Part shown: positions 52,872-64,000 of the stretch, in pieces
Numbering within the stretch: the first letter of the stretch is position 1
How the letters are laid out: each line of letters begins with the position of its first letter
Origin: Octopus sinensis
Taxonomy: Eukaryota
Length of the DNA: 64,000 nt
NCBI RefSeq assembly: GCF_006345805.1
Contig: NC_043005.1
Coordinates: 47,058,001-47,122,000 of the forward strand
Direction of reading: 5' to 3'
Notes under the pieces: model-generated
Databases searched by the model: none
Told to the model about the DNA's origin: nothing
Seen by the model: only the letters and a program-made list of their open reading frames with translations
Made by a program: the position numbers and the translations under genes

Positions 52872-53085
52872 TATATATATATATAGGGAGAATTTACGGA
52901 AAAAACAAAAGACGAAGACCGGTGGTGTACAAAACAAACAGATGTATTAGTATAACGCTCAGGAATAGAAAAAGTCTTTTACGTTTCGAGCCTACGCTCT
53001 TCTACAGAAAGGAACACAGAAAAAACAAGGAGAGAAACAAAGTGAGAAAAAATGTGTGTAGTGGCTAACGATCTATCATGGCGAC
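52872..53085 (-). mobile_element. PLE-type repeat in a (TA)n tract
   Basis: Carries the hammerhead-like motif at 52976-53011. Confidence 0.55.
52976..53011 (-). ncRNA. Minimal type-I hammerhead-like motif (CUGUAGA core)
   Basis: CUUU-CUGUAGA-A-GAGC(guag)GCUC-GAAA-CGU-A-AAAG; helices I and II are perfect. Confidence 0.6.
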
Positions 53086-53101
53086 TTATATATACATATA
53101 T

Positions 53102-53147
<46 letters not shown>

Positions 53148-53153
53148 TATATA

Positions 53154-53378
53154 CAGTTGCGGCCAAAATGTTCAGAGCGGCATTGTTTTCGCCAGAAAAG
53201 TAGGTATAAGTTTTTATCAAAGTTGTTTTGTATATCAAAGTTGTTTTGTATTCTACAATTTTCACAGACAATAAATACAATATTAATTGTTATTGTCTGA
53301 GATTTAGGTGTAATTTGAGAGGATAATACAAAAGTTATGGATGATTTAGTGATTTACTGAACATTTTGGCCGCAACTA
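53154..53378. mobile_element. Tc1-like MITE in (TA)n
   Basis: TIR cagttgcggccaaaatgttcag / ctgaacattttggccgcaacta; TA flanks; internal 18-bp tandem duplication. Confidence 0.9.
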
Positions 53379-53471
53379 TATATATATATATATACACTTA
53401 CATATATACATACACACACATATATATATGTATGTATATATATATATGTATATATATATATATTATATATA

Positions 53472-53505
<34 letters not shown>

Positions 53506-53849
53506 TCACTTCGTTTTTGGCGAGTAGGCGGAACCATTAGCACCCCGGGCAAAATAATTAGAGGCACTTCATCCGTCTTAAAGTGCTGAGCTCAAATCTC
53601 ACCGGGGGCCCATAAAATTTGTATCAGAGTAAATTGCTGGCCTTGTGTGCCAAACTTTGAAATCCGTTTCTGTTTATATATATGAACACACACACACATG
53701 CAGGTATAGAGAACAAAAATTTATTTTCAGGAACTTATAACATATTTTCAGATTTTAGTCGAACAAATTGACACCAGGACATACATTTTTGAAAAACTGA
53801 TACTCGTTCCATCCGTCTCTTCTGTTCAACCGTTAAGTTACGGAAACGT

Positions 53850-54080
53850 AATCGCACCAACACCAGTTGTCAAGACAAGAGGTGGTGGAAGACAAACGCA
53901 AAGACACGCGAGCGCGCACACGTATATACGACGACCTTTTTTCAGTTTTCACCAACCAATTCCACTCACAAGGTTTTAGACGACTCAAAGCTATAACAGA
54001 AGACACTTGCCCAAGGTACCACGTAGTGGGACTGAACTTGGAACCATGTAGTTTGGAAGCAAACTTCCTACCACACACCC
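53850..54080 (-). mobile_element. SINE family A, degenerate
   Basis: gaagacacttgcccaaggtaccacgtagtgggactgaac. Confidence 0.85.
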
Positions 54081-54949
54081 ATGCCATGTATAATAATAAA
54101 TGAACACAAAATATCTTGTTGGTATTAAATGTTTTGAGTTCATCTAATAGTAAATAAGTGTATGTATACATGTATGCATGCATAAGATATGTACGTATGC
54201 GTTTGTCTATGTGTGTGTGTGCGTATATGTGCGTAAATGTGTGTGCGTGTACGATCGTGTGCAGGCATATGTGTGCCTGTGTGCGTATAGTGCATTCCTG
54301 GTACTATTTCTCACCTTTATATGTAGTATATTTAAAGCATTTAAAATTGAGGCAGTTTCTGCATATCGAAATCGTGATCTGGTTAGTCAGTCATCTTGGA
54401 CACTCGAGACGAGACTAATTGCACAGTATTATCTCGTAACCACCACGCGGCTTTTAATTGTTCGCCATTTTAAATGAACCAAGATAAGAAATGAAATCAG
54501 GGAAAGTTTGGGACTGACAAATTGTTCATGAAGTTAAGAACACCACTATACGACATGTTTCTATGATAGAAATTTGGCGCAAGGTTATTGATATATAAAT
54601 CAGACACAAGACTATAGAACAAAATACATTCCAACCAATCAAACCTTGTGCTTCATACCTTAATTCATTAACAATGTATTAAAGTTAAACATTTTAGAAA
54701 ATGTATATCAAACACTTGTGAACATACCTGTGTTCTGTTTTTGCGTATCAAACTTGTCACTTCGTTATTCAGTTTCGACAAATGTGACACAAAATCAAAA
54801 GAAGTGAAAATTTATCTTATTAAAGTTAGAGCAATGTTCATTCTTACAGTCTACAATTTACGACAAAGAAAGGCTTTTGTCACACACACATACACACACA
54901 ATATATGGATGTGTACATATCATATATGAATGTATGTATATATGCAAGA

Positions 54950-55153
54950 ATGACAGGACGCTGTCATAACGTTGCTCCTCTAAATGGAAACCTTAATTCT
55001 TACTTTGGTTTTGTGGCACGAAGCAAAGTAGGCCTTGCTGTTCACATCAAGGAAGCACTCGAGCAAACTGAACCGTCAACTTGTTCCCTTTGCCGAAAGG
55101 TTTGCAAGACACAAGCAGACCTCAAGAGACACATTCGTATCTATAAAACATGA
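54950..55153 (+). pseudogene. Retroelement (RTE-like) C-terminus with C2H2 zinc-finger remnants
   Basis: FGFVARSKVGLAVHI and CSLCRKVCKTQADLKRHIRIY; no splice context. Confidence 0.55.
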
Positions 55154-56859
55154 TGGCTGCTTTATTTTACTGAACCTTCATTTTTCGTTCACGACGAGAG
55201 AATCCATTATATCAACATGTGCGTGTGTGTGTGGGCATGTGTGTATGGCAAGCTGGAAGTGTGTGTTCGTGTGTGTGCGTGCGTGAGTGTGTATGTATGA
55301 GAAAGTGCTAGAAATACAGAAAGTTAGAGAGATTTAAATATATAAACATATATGCATGCATATACGAATATTTAGCTACATATGTATGTATCTATGTATG
55401 CGTGTATGTATGTATATTATTTGTCCCAATACAATTTTGTCAATTGATATATAAAAGTGAAAGGTGGAAGTGAAGTCGGAACTCTAAGGAACTTGGAACA
55501 TTAAATGCCTGGACAGAGCATTCGTCTGATGTCAAAGTGCTGACACATGCGACGACGATGGCGATGATGACTGCGGTGGTGGTGGTGGTGGTGGTGCAAT
55601 GGTGATGGTAGTCTTAGTGTGATGGTGTTGGTGGAGGCCGTGGTTGTGGTCGTGATTTTGTTGATGGTGCTAATGATGATAGTGGTGATGTTTGTAGCGG
55701 TTATGATGATGATGATGATGACGACGACGACGACGATGATGATAACGGACGATGATGATGGTGGTGATGATGATGTTAATTAGAATTAATTAAAATCATC
55801 TAATTGCTCACAGAACAGTGACAATTATTATTGAAAGTTTATTAATAATACATTAAATAACGAGGGCAATGAATTGGTAGAAACAATAGAGCGCCGGACT
55901 AAATGCCTTACACCATTTAATTTCATCTCTTTGTGGCTCGAGTTTAAGTGTCGCCTGTGACACCTTCTGTTTGAGATTGATAAAATAAGTGTCAGCAAAT
56001 CATTTCATTTGGTTTCATTAACTCAGTTACAATCACCGACCCACTCTACCCAACAAAAACCAGCCTTGTACCTAGTTAATAGAAATCAATTATTAATTAG
56101 ATATTGATATCTGAAGATTAATTTCAATTTTAGTAAATCATTTATTCATTGTATTTGGCCATATTTCTGGATTGATATACAAATATGTCGAGAACTTAAA
56201 ATATCTATTAATATATTCTACCAATCAAAATGTATAGAGACATATAGCATTAGACTGATAGCATAATAGAGATATAGCAAGGTATTAGTTAGATATATCG
56301 TGAACTAATGAGGTAAAACTGTACATAAATATTTCTTTCCTTTAGCTAAACAGAAAGAGTGTATTATTTATGGTATTCAAATTATAGTGTATCTTTCATG
56401 TCTCCAAAGAGCATTGATATTCAACGAATGATCAGTTATACGGCATAGTTTTGTGTAGAAGTGGTCATAATTTTAACTGAATACTTTTTTCTACTAGGCT
56501 CAAATATTGTGAAATTTCATAGCGATCAAATCCGACAGTATAACTGTCACGTTTCAGAAAAGCAAATTAAAAGCATTACAGCTGTAATACTAGTAAATTA
56601 ACTTAAAATGAGGATTGAAATTACCTCGGGGTCTAACATTGGTTAACTCATGTATCACGGTGTCCACATTATTCTAAATATTCGTGAGTAGATTTGTTAT
56701 AAAATTGTATTTTTTTATTGTTAGTATAGAGAGGAGGTCTAGTTAGACTGAATGAAATATGCCCAGAGTTCTCACCCATATTTACAAGAGGTTAATAATA
56801 TAAACCACTATGGTAATGCTTTGCTGTGTTAATCGCTTTGTCGTCTTTATTGTTTTAAT

Positions 56860-57165
56860 CGGGCTCACAATCATGAGGTAGTGAGTTCCATTCCCGGACC
56901 AAGCTATGTGTTGTGTTCTTGAGCAAGACGTTTTATTTCACTTTGCTCCAGTTCACTCAGCTGTAGAAATAAGCTGCGGTGTCAGTGGTGCCAAGCTGTA
57001 TTGGCCTTTGCCTTTCCTTTGGATAATATCGGTGGCGTGGAGAGGAGAGGCTGGTATGCATGGACGGCTGCTGGTCTTCCATAAACTACATTGATCATAC
57101 TTGTGCCTCCGAGGGCAACTTTCAAGGTGCAACCCTATGGTCATTCATTACCGAAGTGCGTATTT
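56860..57165 (+). mobile_element. SINE family D
   Basis: gtgttcttgagcaagacgttttatttcactttgctccagttcactcagctg CORE-like block. Confidence 0.75.
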
Positions 57166-59310
57166 ACCCCGCTTTATTTACTTATTTTTTTTTGCCAATT
57201 AATAGGATATTTTTCGCCTGTACATGAAATAAGATGTCACTAATTTGATTATCACTTTTGCAGATAGCGTCCCTTGACGATTTTCATCAGTAACTACGAT
57301 AATTTTTTAAGACTTTTCATGTAAATTATTGTTACTCAACACAGTGATTCGCTTAAAACAAATTTGTAAAGTACAGAGAAGCATGTTCTTTACTGAAGCA
57401 TTTTAATAACTCCAAAACACATCAAGAGTTTCCATCCTTGCTTCCCAAAATCCGATTGAATAATTAAGTTATATTAATCATTGAGCTAATGACTGATATT
57501 ATTTTATTCTAAGTTAATGTTATCTTCGTTTTACTATTTCGATATTATTCATTCATTTATTAGATTTTTTCTCCCTGCTATTAAGCTTCATGGCTAATTA
57601 TTCAAATTTACAGCTTAGAAGAAGGAGACTGTGACATACTTGCTTTTAACAAACAATTAAGTGAAATCCAACACACTTGCCCAGCTCTCTTGCTTAGTTA
57701 ACAGACCCAACTCGATAAGGAGTCAAAGCTTGCTGTACGGGATTTGAGTCTGAACTGATAACGGTTTCTTTTGACTTCTCATAAAGGCATAGTATTTTTA
57801 TGGGAGTGAACATGAATTGGGATCAATCAGGAATCAAAACCGTTTCACAGACCCGACTCATTTGGAACGACAGTGAAATATTGCTAATCTGACAAATAGT
57901 TAGATCGATATATTGGTAGATTGACTTTGATAGGTAGAGTGATCCGTAAATATAAACAGAAAGAGAAATTTTGATTAAATGATTGATTAATAAGCCTGGT
58001 TTTTAAGGTGATGGAATTACCACAAACGGTAGAGAGATCAAGTGGAAGTTTAATGTTATCTAGCTTGGTATCTCTCGTTTGTGAAATAAAATCCAGTCGG
58101 GGGCTGCTTTACCTTTTATCCTGCCAATATCGATAATATAATCACCAGTAAGATGCTGGAACCAATTAAATCGACTGTAACCAATCCTTTACAAAATGTT
58201 AGCCCTGCACCTTGTGAGAGAAAGGAATGCTTCGATATGTAAAATCGGTGTGCTTGTAGAAACTATAGAAGGGCAGATTTATGATTTAGAATATTTAATT
58301 ACGTTCTTACAGAATTAAAATTCCAATAAGGTTAACATAGTCTTTCATCACTTCTTGCTAATAAAATTAGTACATACTCCTTCATTGATGCTGGGTGATA
58401 AAATTTGTTTGCGTAATAATAGTTCTATCAATTATAGCTTTGTTGCTGTTAATATGTTTTAATCAAAAAAAGAATTCGTTTTTCCTGACTCAAATGAATC
58501 AATATTATAGGTAGGAAAAGTTAAATGTAGAAAACTGAAACTTACTATGACCATATTCTTCCCAAAGGAATATGAAAATAGGGGAAATGGGTTCGACTGA
58601 AAATCACAGTCATGTTGCAAACTCAGTATACTTGATGGAATATTAATATTCAACGGCTCTCAGCTCACTATATTTTGATATTATATTCGATAGAAAAGTT
58701 TATTGTTACTAAAAATATAGATCTGAAACAAATTGTTACATACAATAACATTATTAACTGTTCCAATTTTATTTGATACCATTCTGTTCTCACAATGGTG
58801 ATGAGAATGCCCTGCTAGGAATATTTCACTCTAGTTCTGTATCTTGGTTTTGAATTCGAATTCCCTGATTCGAGTATTTACATTTTATGTCTATGGGTTC
58901 ACATAAAATGGCAACTGGTAATATTCGATTCTCAATTCGATTCGCTGATTCTCAATCAGTTTCGCTTTTTTAGTAAAAATGAAATCTACTATGTGTTTAC
59001 AATTTCACTTTGTTTTATTTTCCTTTTGCTTCTAGTGTCCTGGGAAATGGCTGGAACATCAAAACTTCAAGTTTCGTCTTAAAAGTAATTTACGCCTTAA
59101 ACGGCTGGGCGTGCATGTGCCAAACGGGTGAAAAACAAAATAATATCTCATTTTCTTAAGGGTAATGTTTATGCTTTTTCTATTTTAACTAAGTAAAAAA
59201 AAAGCTATGATAATTGTTAGTCTCTGGCACAATAAAACTTACAGTCTCATAATCGATAAATACTTTAAAATATTCACTTTCCTTTGCTGATGTCCGTATC
59301 CATGTACAAT

Positions 59311-60080
59311 TTTTACCCTGCGCGGGTAAGAGAAAGCAGGGTATTGTAACTACTCGTCTTTGTCTGTTTGGCTGTGCGTTTGCTAAATTACTGGAAAACG
59401 GCTGAGCAGATTTTCACCAAATTTGACTGAAATACTCATTGGGTGAGTGGCTCTAAATGGTGAAAATTTGATTTGATTATCTTCAAACATACATAAATAC
59501 GTATAAAGATATGCGACTCTGTGTATGTATACTTGTGTGCGCGTGTATGTGTATAGTAATGGAATCGAGGGTTTCGTTTATTTTGGAGTTGATTTCCTAA
59601 TTTCACGGGAGTGTAAATACCTATAATGGTGATACTTAAAAAAATCGAACTTACAGATTTCCCGATACGCAAGTGGTCATATCATATATATCCTACAACG
59701 AACTACAGTACGTTTGATTCACCTACCATCATTGAAAGACGTTCAAAACACATCTCAAATTCTATGCAATATTTTCTATAAGTATTACATTTTATTTACT
59801 TTCTTTATCATATGAATCGACCCTCGTCTGCATGTGTATAGATCATGGTGTACTTATGCGCGTAGGCACGTGTGGGTACATACAAAAGCGACTCTGTGTG
59901 TGTGTGTGCGTGTGTACAGTAATGGATTCGTGGGTTTCACTTTTTTACGAGTTGATATCTTAATTTCACCGCTTATAAGGCTTATTTCAGTACATTTAAA
60001 CAGCACGGGTAAGCAAAGCTTTGTAAGCCATACTATAATTTGCGAAAAAAATTATCTGCGCGTAGGGTATGCCTTTTTGT
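59311..60080. mobile_element. Putative Helentron-associated non-autonomous element (HINE-like)
   Basis: 11-bp inverted repeat taccctgcgcg/cgcgtagggta, T-run flanks, (tctg)-like patch, ~90-bp internal direct repeat. Confidence 0.45.
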
Positions 60081-60498
60081 TTTTTTGTTCATTGTAACAT
60101 CAATTGATGGTGTCCATCGAATAAGGGTTGATAAAAGAAAACTGCAACATTCGACTGGTAATGATAGAAACAATATATAAATGTCAAAAATCTGTATAGG
60201 TCTTATTTCATATGCGGAAAAAGCAGAAATCTTTTCGGGGCTTCAATCAAAACAAAGACCGAATTGTATTTTGAAATTATAGATAAACATAATGGAGAGA
60301 ATGACAGAATTGTTATGGAAACTGGTTCTGTTCATATATTTTGTGAGTTTCAATCCGGCTCAGGTCGACATTTACTTTCATACCTATCAGGTTTGTAAAA
60401 TACCTAAGCAGTCAATAGTTGAGACGATATAATTGACTATGCACTCTTAAAAAGGGATATCTTAACACAACCAGGTTCAAATGGCTGAAAGTATAAAA

Positions 60499-60529
<31 letters not shown>

Positions 60530-60535
60530 ATATTA

Positions 60536-61085
60536 GCACAGGCGTGACTGTTTGGTAAGATGCTTACTTCTCAATCACATGGCTCCGGGTTCAGTCCCAC
60601 TGCCTGACAAATTTGGTGTCTTCTACAGTAGCCTCGGGCAGACCAAACTCTTGTGAATTAATTTGGTAGATGAAAACTGAAAGAAACCCATCTAATATAT
60701 ATATAATTTACTGTTAATAAAAACCAAGGCACATTGGCTTCTCTTACTTAATTGAAAAAATGTATAGTAAATGCACAAATGAAAAGTAGAAAACCTATAA
60801 TCAATGCACAGGCAAACGGAAAAACGCGCGCGCGCATGTGTATGTGCGCGTGTGTATATCTTTCTTTCGGTGTTTGTCCCCACCCCCAGCATCGCTTGAC
60901 AAACGATGTTGGTGTGTTTACGACCCGTAACTCAGCGGTTCGGCAAAAAAGTCCTATAGAATAAGTAATAGGTTTACAAAGAATAGGTCCTGGGGGCGAT
61001 CTATTAGACTAAAAATCTTTGTAAGGCGGTGTTCCAGCATGGCCGTAGTCAAATGAATGAAATAAGATATTAAAAGAATAAATAT
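60536..61085 (+). mobile_element. SINE family A, degenerate, long internal tract
   Basis: All modules recognisable. Confidence 0.85.
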
Positions 61086-61423
61086 ATTCTTTTCTATCCC
61101 AGGTACAAGGCCCGAAATTTTGGGGCGGGGACTAGTCGATGCCAGTACGTAGCTGGTACTTAATTTATCGACCCGAATGGATGAAAGGCAAAGTCCACCT
61201 CGGCAGAATTTGACCTCAGAATGTAAACACAGACGAAATACCTATTTCTTTACTACCCACAAGAGGCTAAACACAGAGAGAACAAACAAGGCAGACAAAC
61301 GGATTAAGTCGATTATATCGACCTCAGTGCGTAACTGGTACTTATTTAATCGATCGCGAAAGGATGAAAGGCAAAGTCGACCTCCACGGAATTTGAACTC
61401 AGAACGTAACGGCAGACAAAATA
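61086..61423 (-). mobile_element. SINE family B, tandem form
   Basis: Same aagaaata|ggtatttcgtctg junction as at 38814. Confidence 0.88.
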
Positions 61424-61794
61424 AAATGATAAAAGGAAAGATAACATAAAAATATTGCACCACAATTTTTTCACACTTTTGATTCCTATCACATTCAACA
61501 AAATTCATTTGTAGACGTTTTTGAATTCTTTCTATTAATAATATATTCAGTAATAATTAAAACGTTAACTGAGTCCGTTTGTATCAGATTACTTGCATGT
61601 ACATATGTGTTTTGATGTTTGTGCGAGTCTATTGCATATGTGTGTGATTGTGTGTGCGCGCTAATGTCAGAAAAAAAGTGCGTAGTTATTTAACGATGGA
61701 ACATATATTTTTTATATCGTATTTCGAAAAATAGCACCAATTTTTCTAACGATGCAATCAGTTACCACATTATCGTCGGAATTGCATAAATTAT

Positions 61795-62062
61795 AGAGAC
61801 AACATGCTTGTTTGTTAGCATCATTGTAAGTCAGTTCTATATTTAAGAAATGAGGAATTATGTACATTATTTACATTATTTACATTCGACGGATATTTGT
61901 CCTCGTCTTGTTTGTTGTTAACACAACGTTTCGGCTGATATACCCTCCAGCCTTCTTCAGATGTCTTGCGGAAATTTCGAACCTGGGTTCTCATTCCTAA
62001 AGAAACGTTGTGTTAACAACAACCAAGATGAGGACAAATATCCATCGAATGTAAATAATGTA
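61795..62062 (-). mobile_element. PLE-type terminal repeat with 61-bp inverted duplication
   Basis: Arms 61872-61932 and 62002-62062; hammerhead-like motif at 61920-61965. Confidence 0.75.
61920..61965 (-). ncRNA. Minimal type-I hammerhead-like motif
   Basis: GACAU-CUGAAGA-A-GGCUG(gaggguauau)CAGCC-GAAA-CGU-U-GUGUU. Confidence 0.7.
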
Positions 62063-62264
62063 TTATTGTAAGTGTTCTATACAGTGTTGAAATACACTAC
62101 CTGTTTGTCGGTCTACCTGCCAGTAGGAATGAACATGGCACTCGCTCTTACACTAGAGACATAATTTATTAATTCAGAATTGATAGGTGTTGTGTTATTT
62201 TTCTTATTCTTTTTAGATAGCTTTCAGAATGAATAGAGACTAATGATAAAATATTGAGACAAAA

Positions 62265-62329
62265 TATAGATAGATAGATAGATTGAGTGATTAATTGATA
62301 GATAGACAGAGAGATAGAGAGATAGATAC

Positions 62330-62410
<81 letters not shown>

Positions 62411-62469
62411 GAGACAGACAGACAGACAGACAGACATACAGACAGACAGATAGATAGATAGATTGATAA

Positions 62470-62532
<63 letters not shown>

Positions 62533-62664
62533 TGTTCCTTTATTAGCCACAGAGGGCTGAACACAGAGGGGACAAATTACAAAATAGAGCTTTTCTTTTG
62601 GGGAAGAAAAAATGGGAGGGTAGGTTTTCGATCAAAAGGGATCGTGGAAAAAAAAAGATAGATT

Positions 62665-62753
<89 letters not shown>

Positions 62754-62765
62754 GATAGGTAGATA
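62265..62765. repeat. Two (GATA)/(GACA) microsatellite blocks
   Basis: Direct repeats. Confidence 0.95.
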
Positions 62766-63877
62766 AATAGAGAGAGAGGGGGAGAGAGAGAATAACGAGC
62801 AATACGTTAGAAATCGCTGTGAAATCACAAAGCAAGAAGGTGAAAAGAAAAATTCAGAAGATACAACGAGAAAACAGAGAAGATTTGTAAATAATTGCGC
62901 TAAATTCGATGAGAAAATGAGTCATTTCTGCGTCAGGTTGATTCTGAGAATTATGGTAGGCAGAGTACATCGGTTTGAACGTGTGAGACAAACACTGTCT
63001 GAAAATAAAACAAAAACAGTGATGAATAGTCAATAACTTATCGGAAATCATCCTTCAGTTAAGATAGAATCCAATTTGTGTATTTTTACCTCAGACTACA
63101 ATCCAAATCTGATTAGAAAAGTTCTGTAATTGAGATTTTTTTTGTTATAACATTTCTTTTTTACTTATTCGTAAAAAAAAATTACATAGTAAACTATCAA
63201 GCACTAATCACATGAGACATAAGGATATACGATAGATGTAAGCGAGTATTGAATAATGAAAATTAAAGAGACATGCAATGCTCTCAACACACGCACGCAC
63301 TCGCGTACACACGCACTCGTAAACACACAGGCAAAAACATACAAACATACTTATATGGTCATACAGTTCTCTATATTTCTCTCTCTTTCTTTCTGTATCT
63401 GTCCCTCTTTCTCTCTCTCTCTCTCTCTGTACACATTCACACACGAAGAAAGTGACAGAGCGAGAAGAAACCAAAATACACACACACACACACAAAAAAA
63501 GAAAAAATGGACAGGGAGACAAGAAAAGAAAGCTGCTTCGATGTGTGCGCATTTGTGTGTGTGTGTGAGAGCGCATGTTTGTATGTGTGCACACCTTTGT
63601 ATATACGTGCGTGTGTGCTTGTGTGTGTGTGTGCGTGTTTACTGCAAAGAAAATGCATTGATATGTAGCAAGAAATATTCGTTTTACTCCATCTTCGAAC
63701 CATCGTTTGCACCAGTTCTTTTAATGTGTGAACTGTTTCCAAATTTGTTTATTTTCCGCCTGACTCACGCATACATACATACATACATACATACATACAT
63801 ACATACATACATACATACATACATACATACATGCATACATACATACATACATACATACATACATGCATACATACATA

Positions 63878-64000
63878 TCTATTATATAAAATCCGTTTTG
63901 TCTGTCTCTGTATGTATGTCTTCTAGGGTCTCGGGCATCCTTCATCCGATTGCACTCAAATTTGATATGTAGATACCGACGGTATCAGGGCGTGTATAAG
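63878..64000 (+). mobile_element. 5' end of a Helitron-like element (runs off the window)
   Basis: A|TCTATTATATAAAA start followed by (tctg) patch and ccgattgcactcaaatttg. Confidence 0.6.

Noticed and set aside
54728-54830. Strong minus-strand donor CAG|gtatgt
   Set aside because: No acceptor gives a convincing open exon
57262-57292. Strong acceptor followed by IASLDDFHQ-stop
   Set aside because: Too short to evaluate
59036-59127. Strong acceptor with two open frames
   Set aside because: Weak donor (gtgaaa) and no recognised protein; retained only as a possible partner exon
62854-62998. Minus-strand acceptor followed by QCLSHTFKPMYSAY..
   Set aside because: No donor and no homology

Overview
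AT-rich, microsatellite-dense eukaryotic DNA. The SINE families and (TA)n/(TACA)n/(GATA)n load fit an Octopus (coleoid cephalopod) genome; this is an inference, not a database match. No host protein-coding gene is recognisable, and almost all entries in the ORF track are microsatellite read-throughs or retroelement fragments. The window is a mosaic of mobile elements: four tRNA-derived SINE families (labelled A-D here); CR1/L2-group LINEs, including a near-intact 634-aa RT ORF; RTE LINEs, one with a 5' inversion; two R4/Dong-type RLE elements stacked in a (TAA)n tract; Penelope-like (PLE) repeats; Tc1/mariner, hAT and fold-back MITEs; and non-autonomous Helitron/Helentron elements. The most notable signals are: (1) minimal type-I hammerhead-ribozyme-like motifs in unrelated PLE-type repeats, sharing an extra purine after A9, one with a G3:C8 swap of the C3-G8 core pair; (2) a covarying 3' hairpin (CATGGCC-stem-loop-AAAC) shared by three LINE subfamilies and SINE A; (3) a perfect ~360-bp palindrome centred on a (TA)n tract. 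A few isolated splice-flanked segments hint at an overlapping transcript but are unconfirmed.
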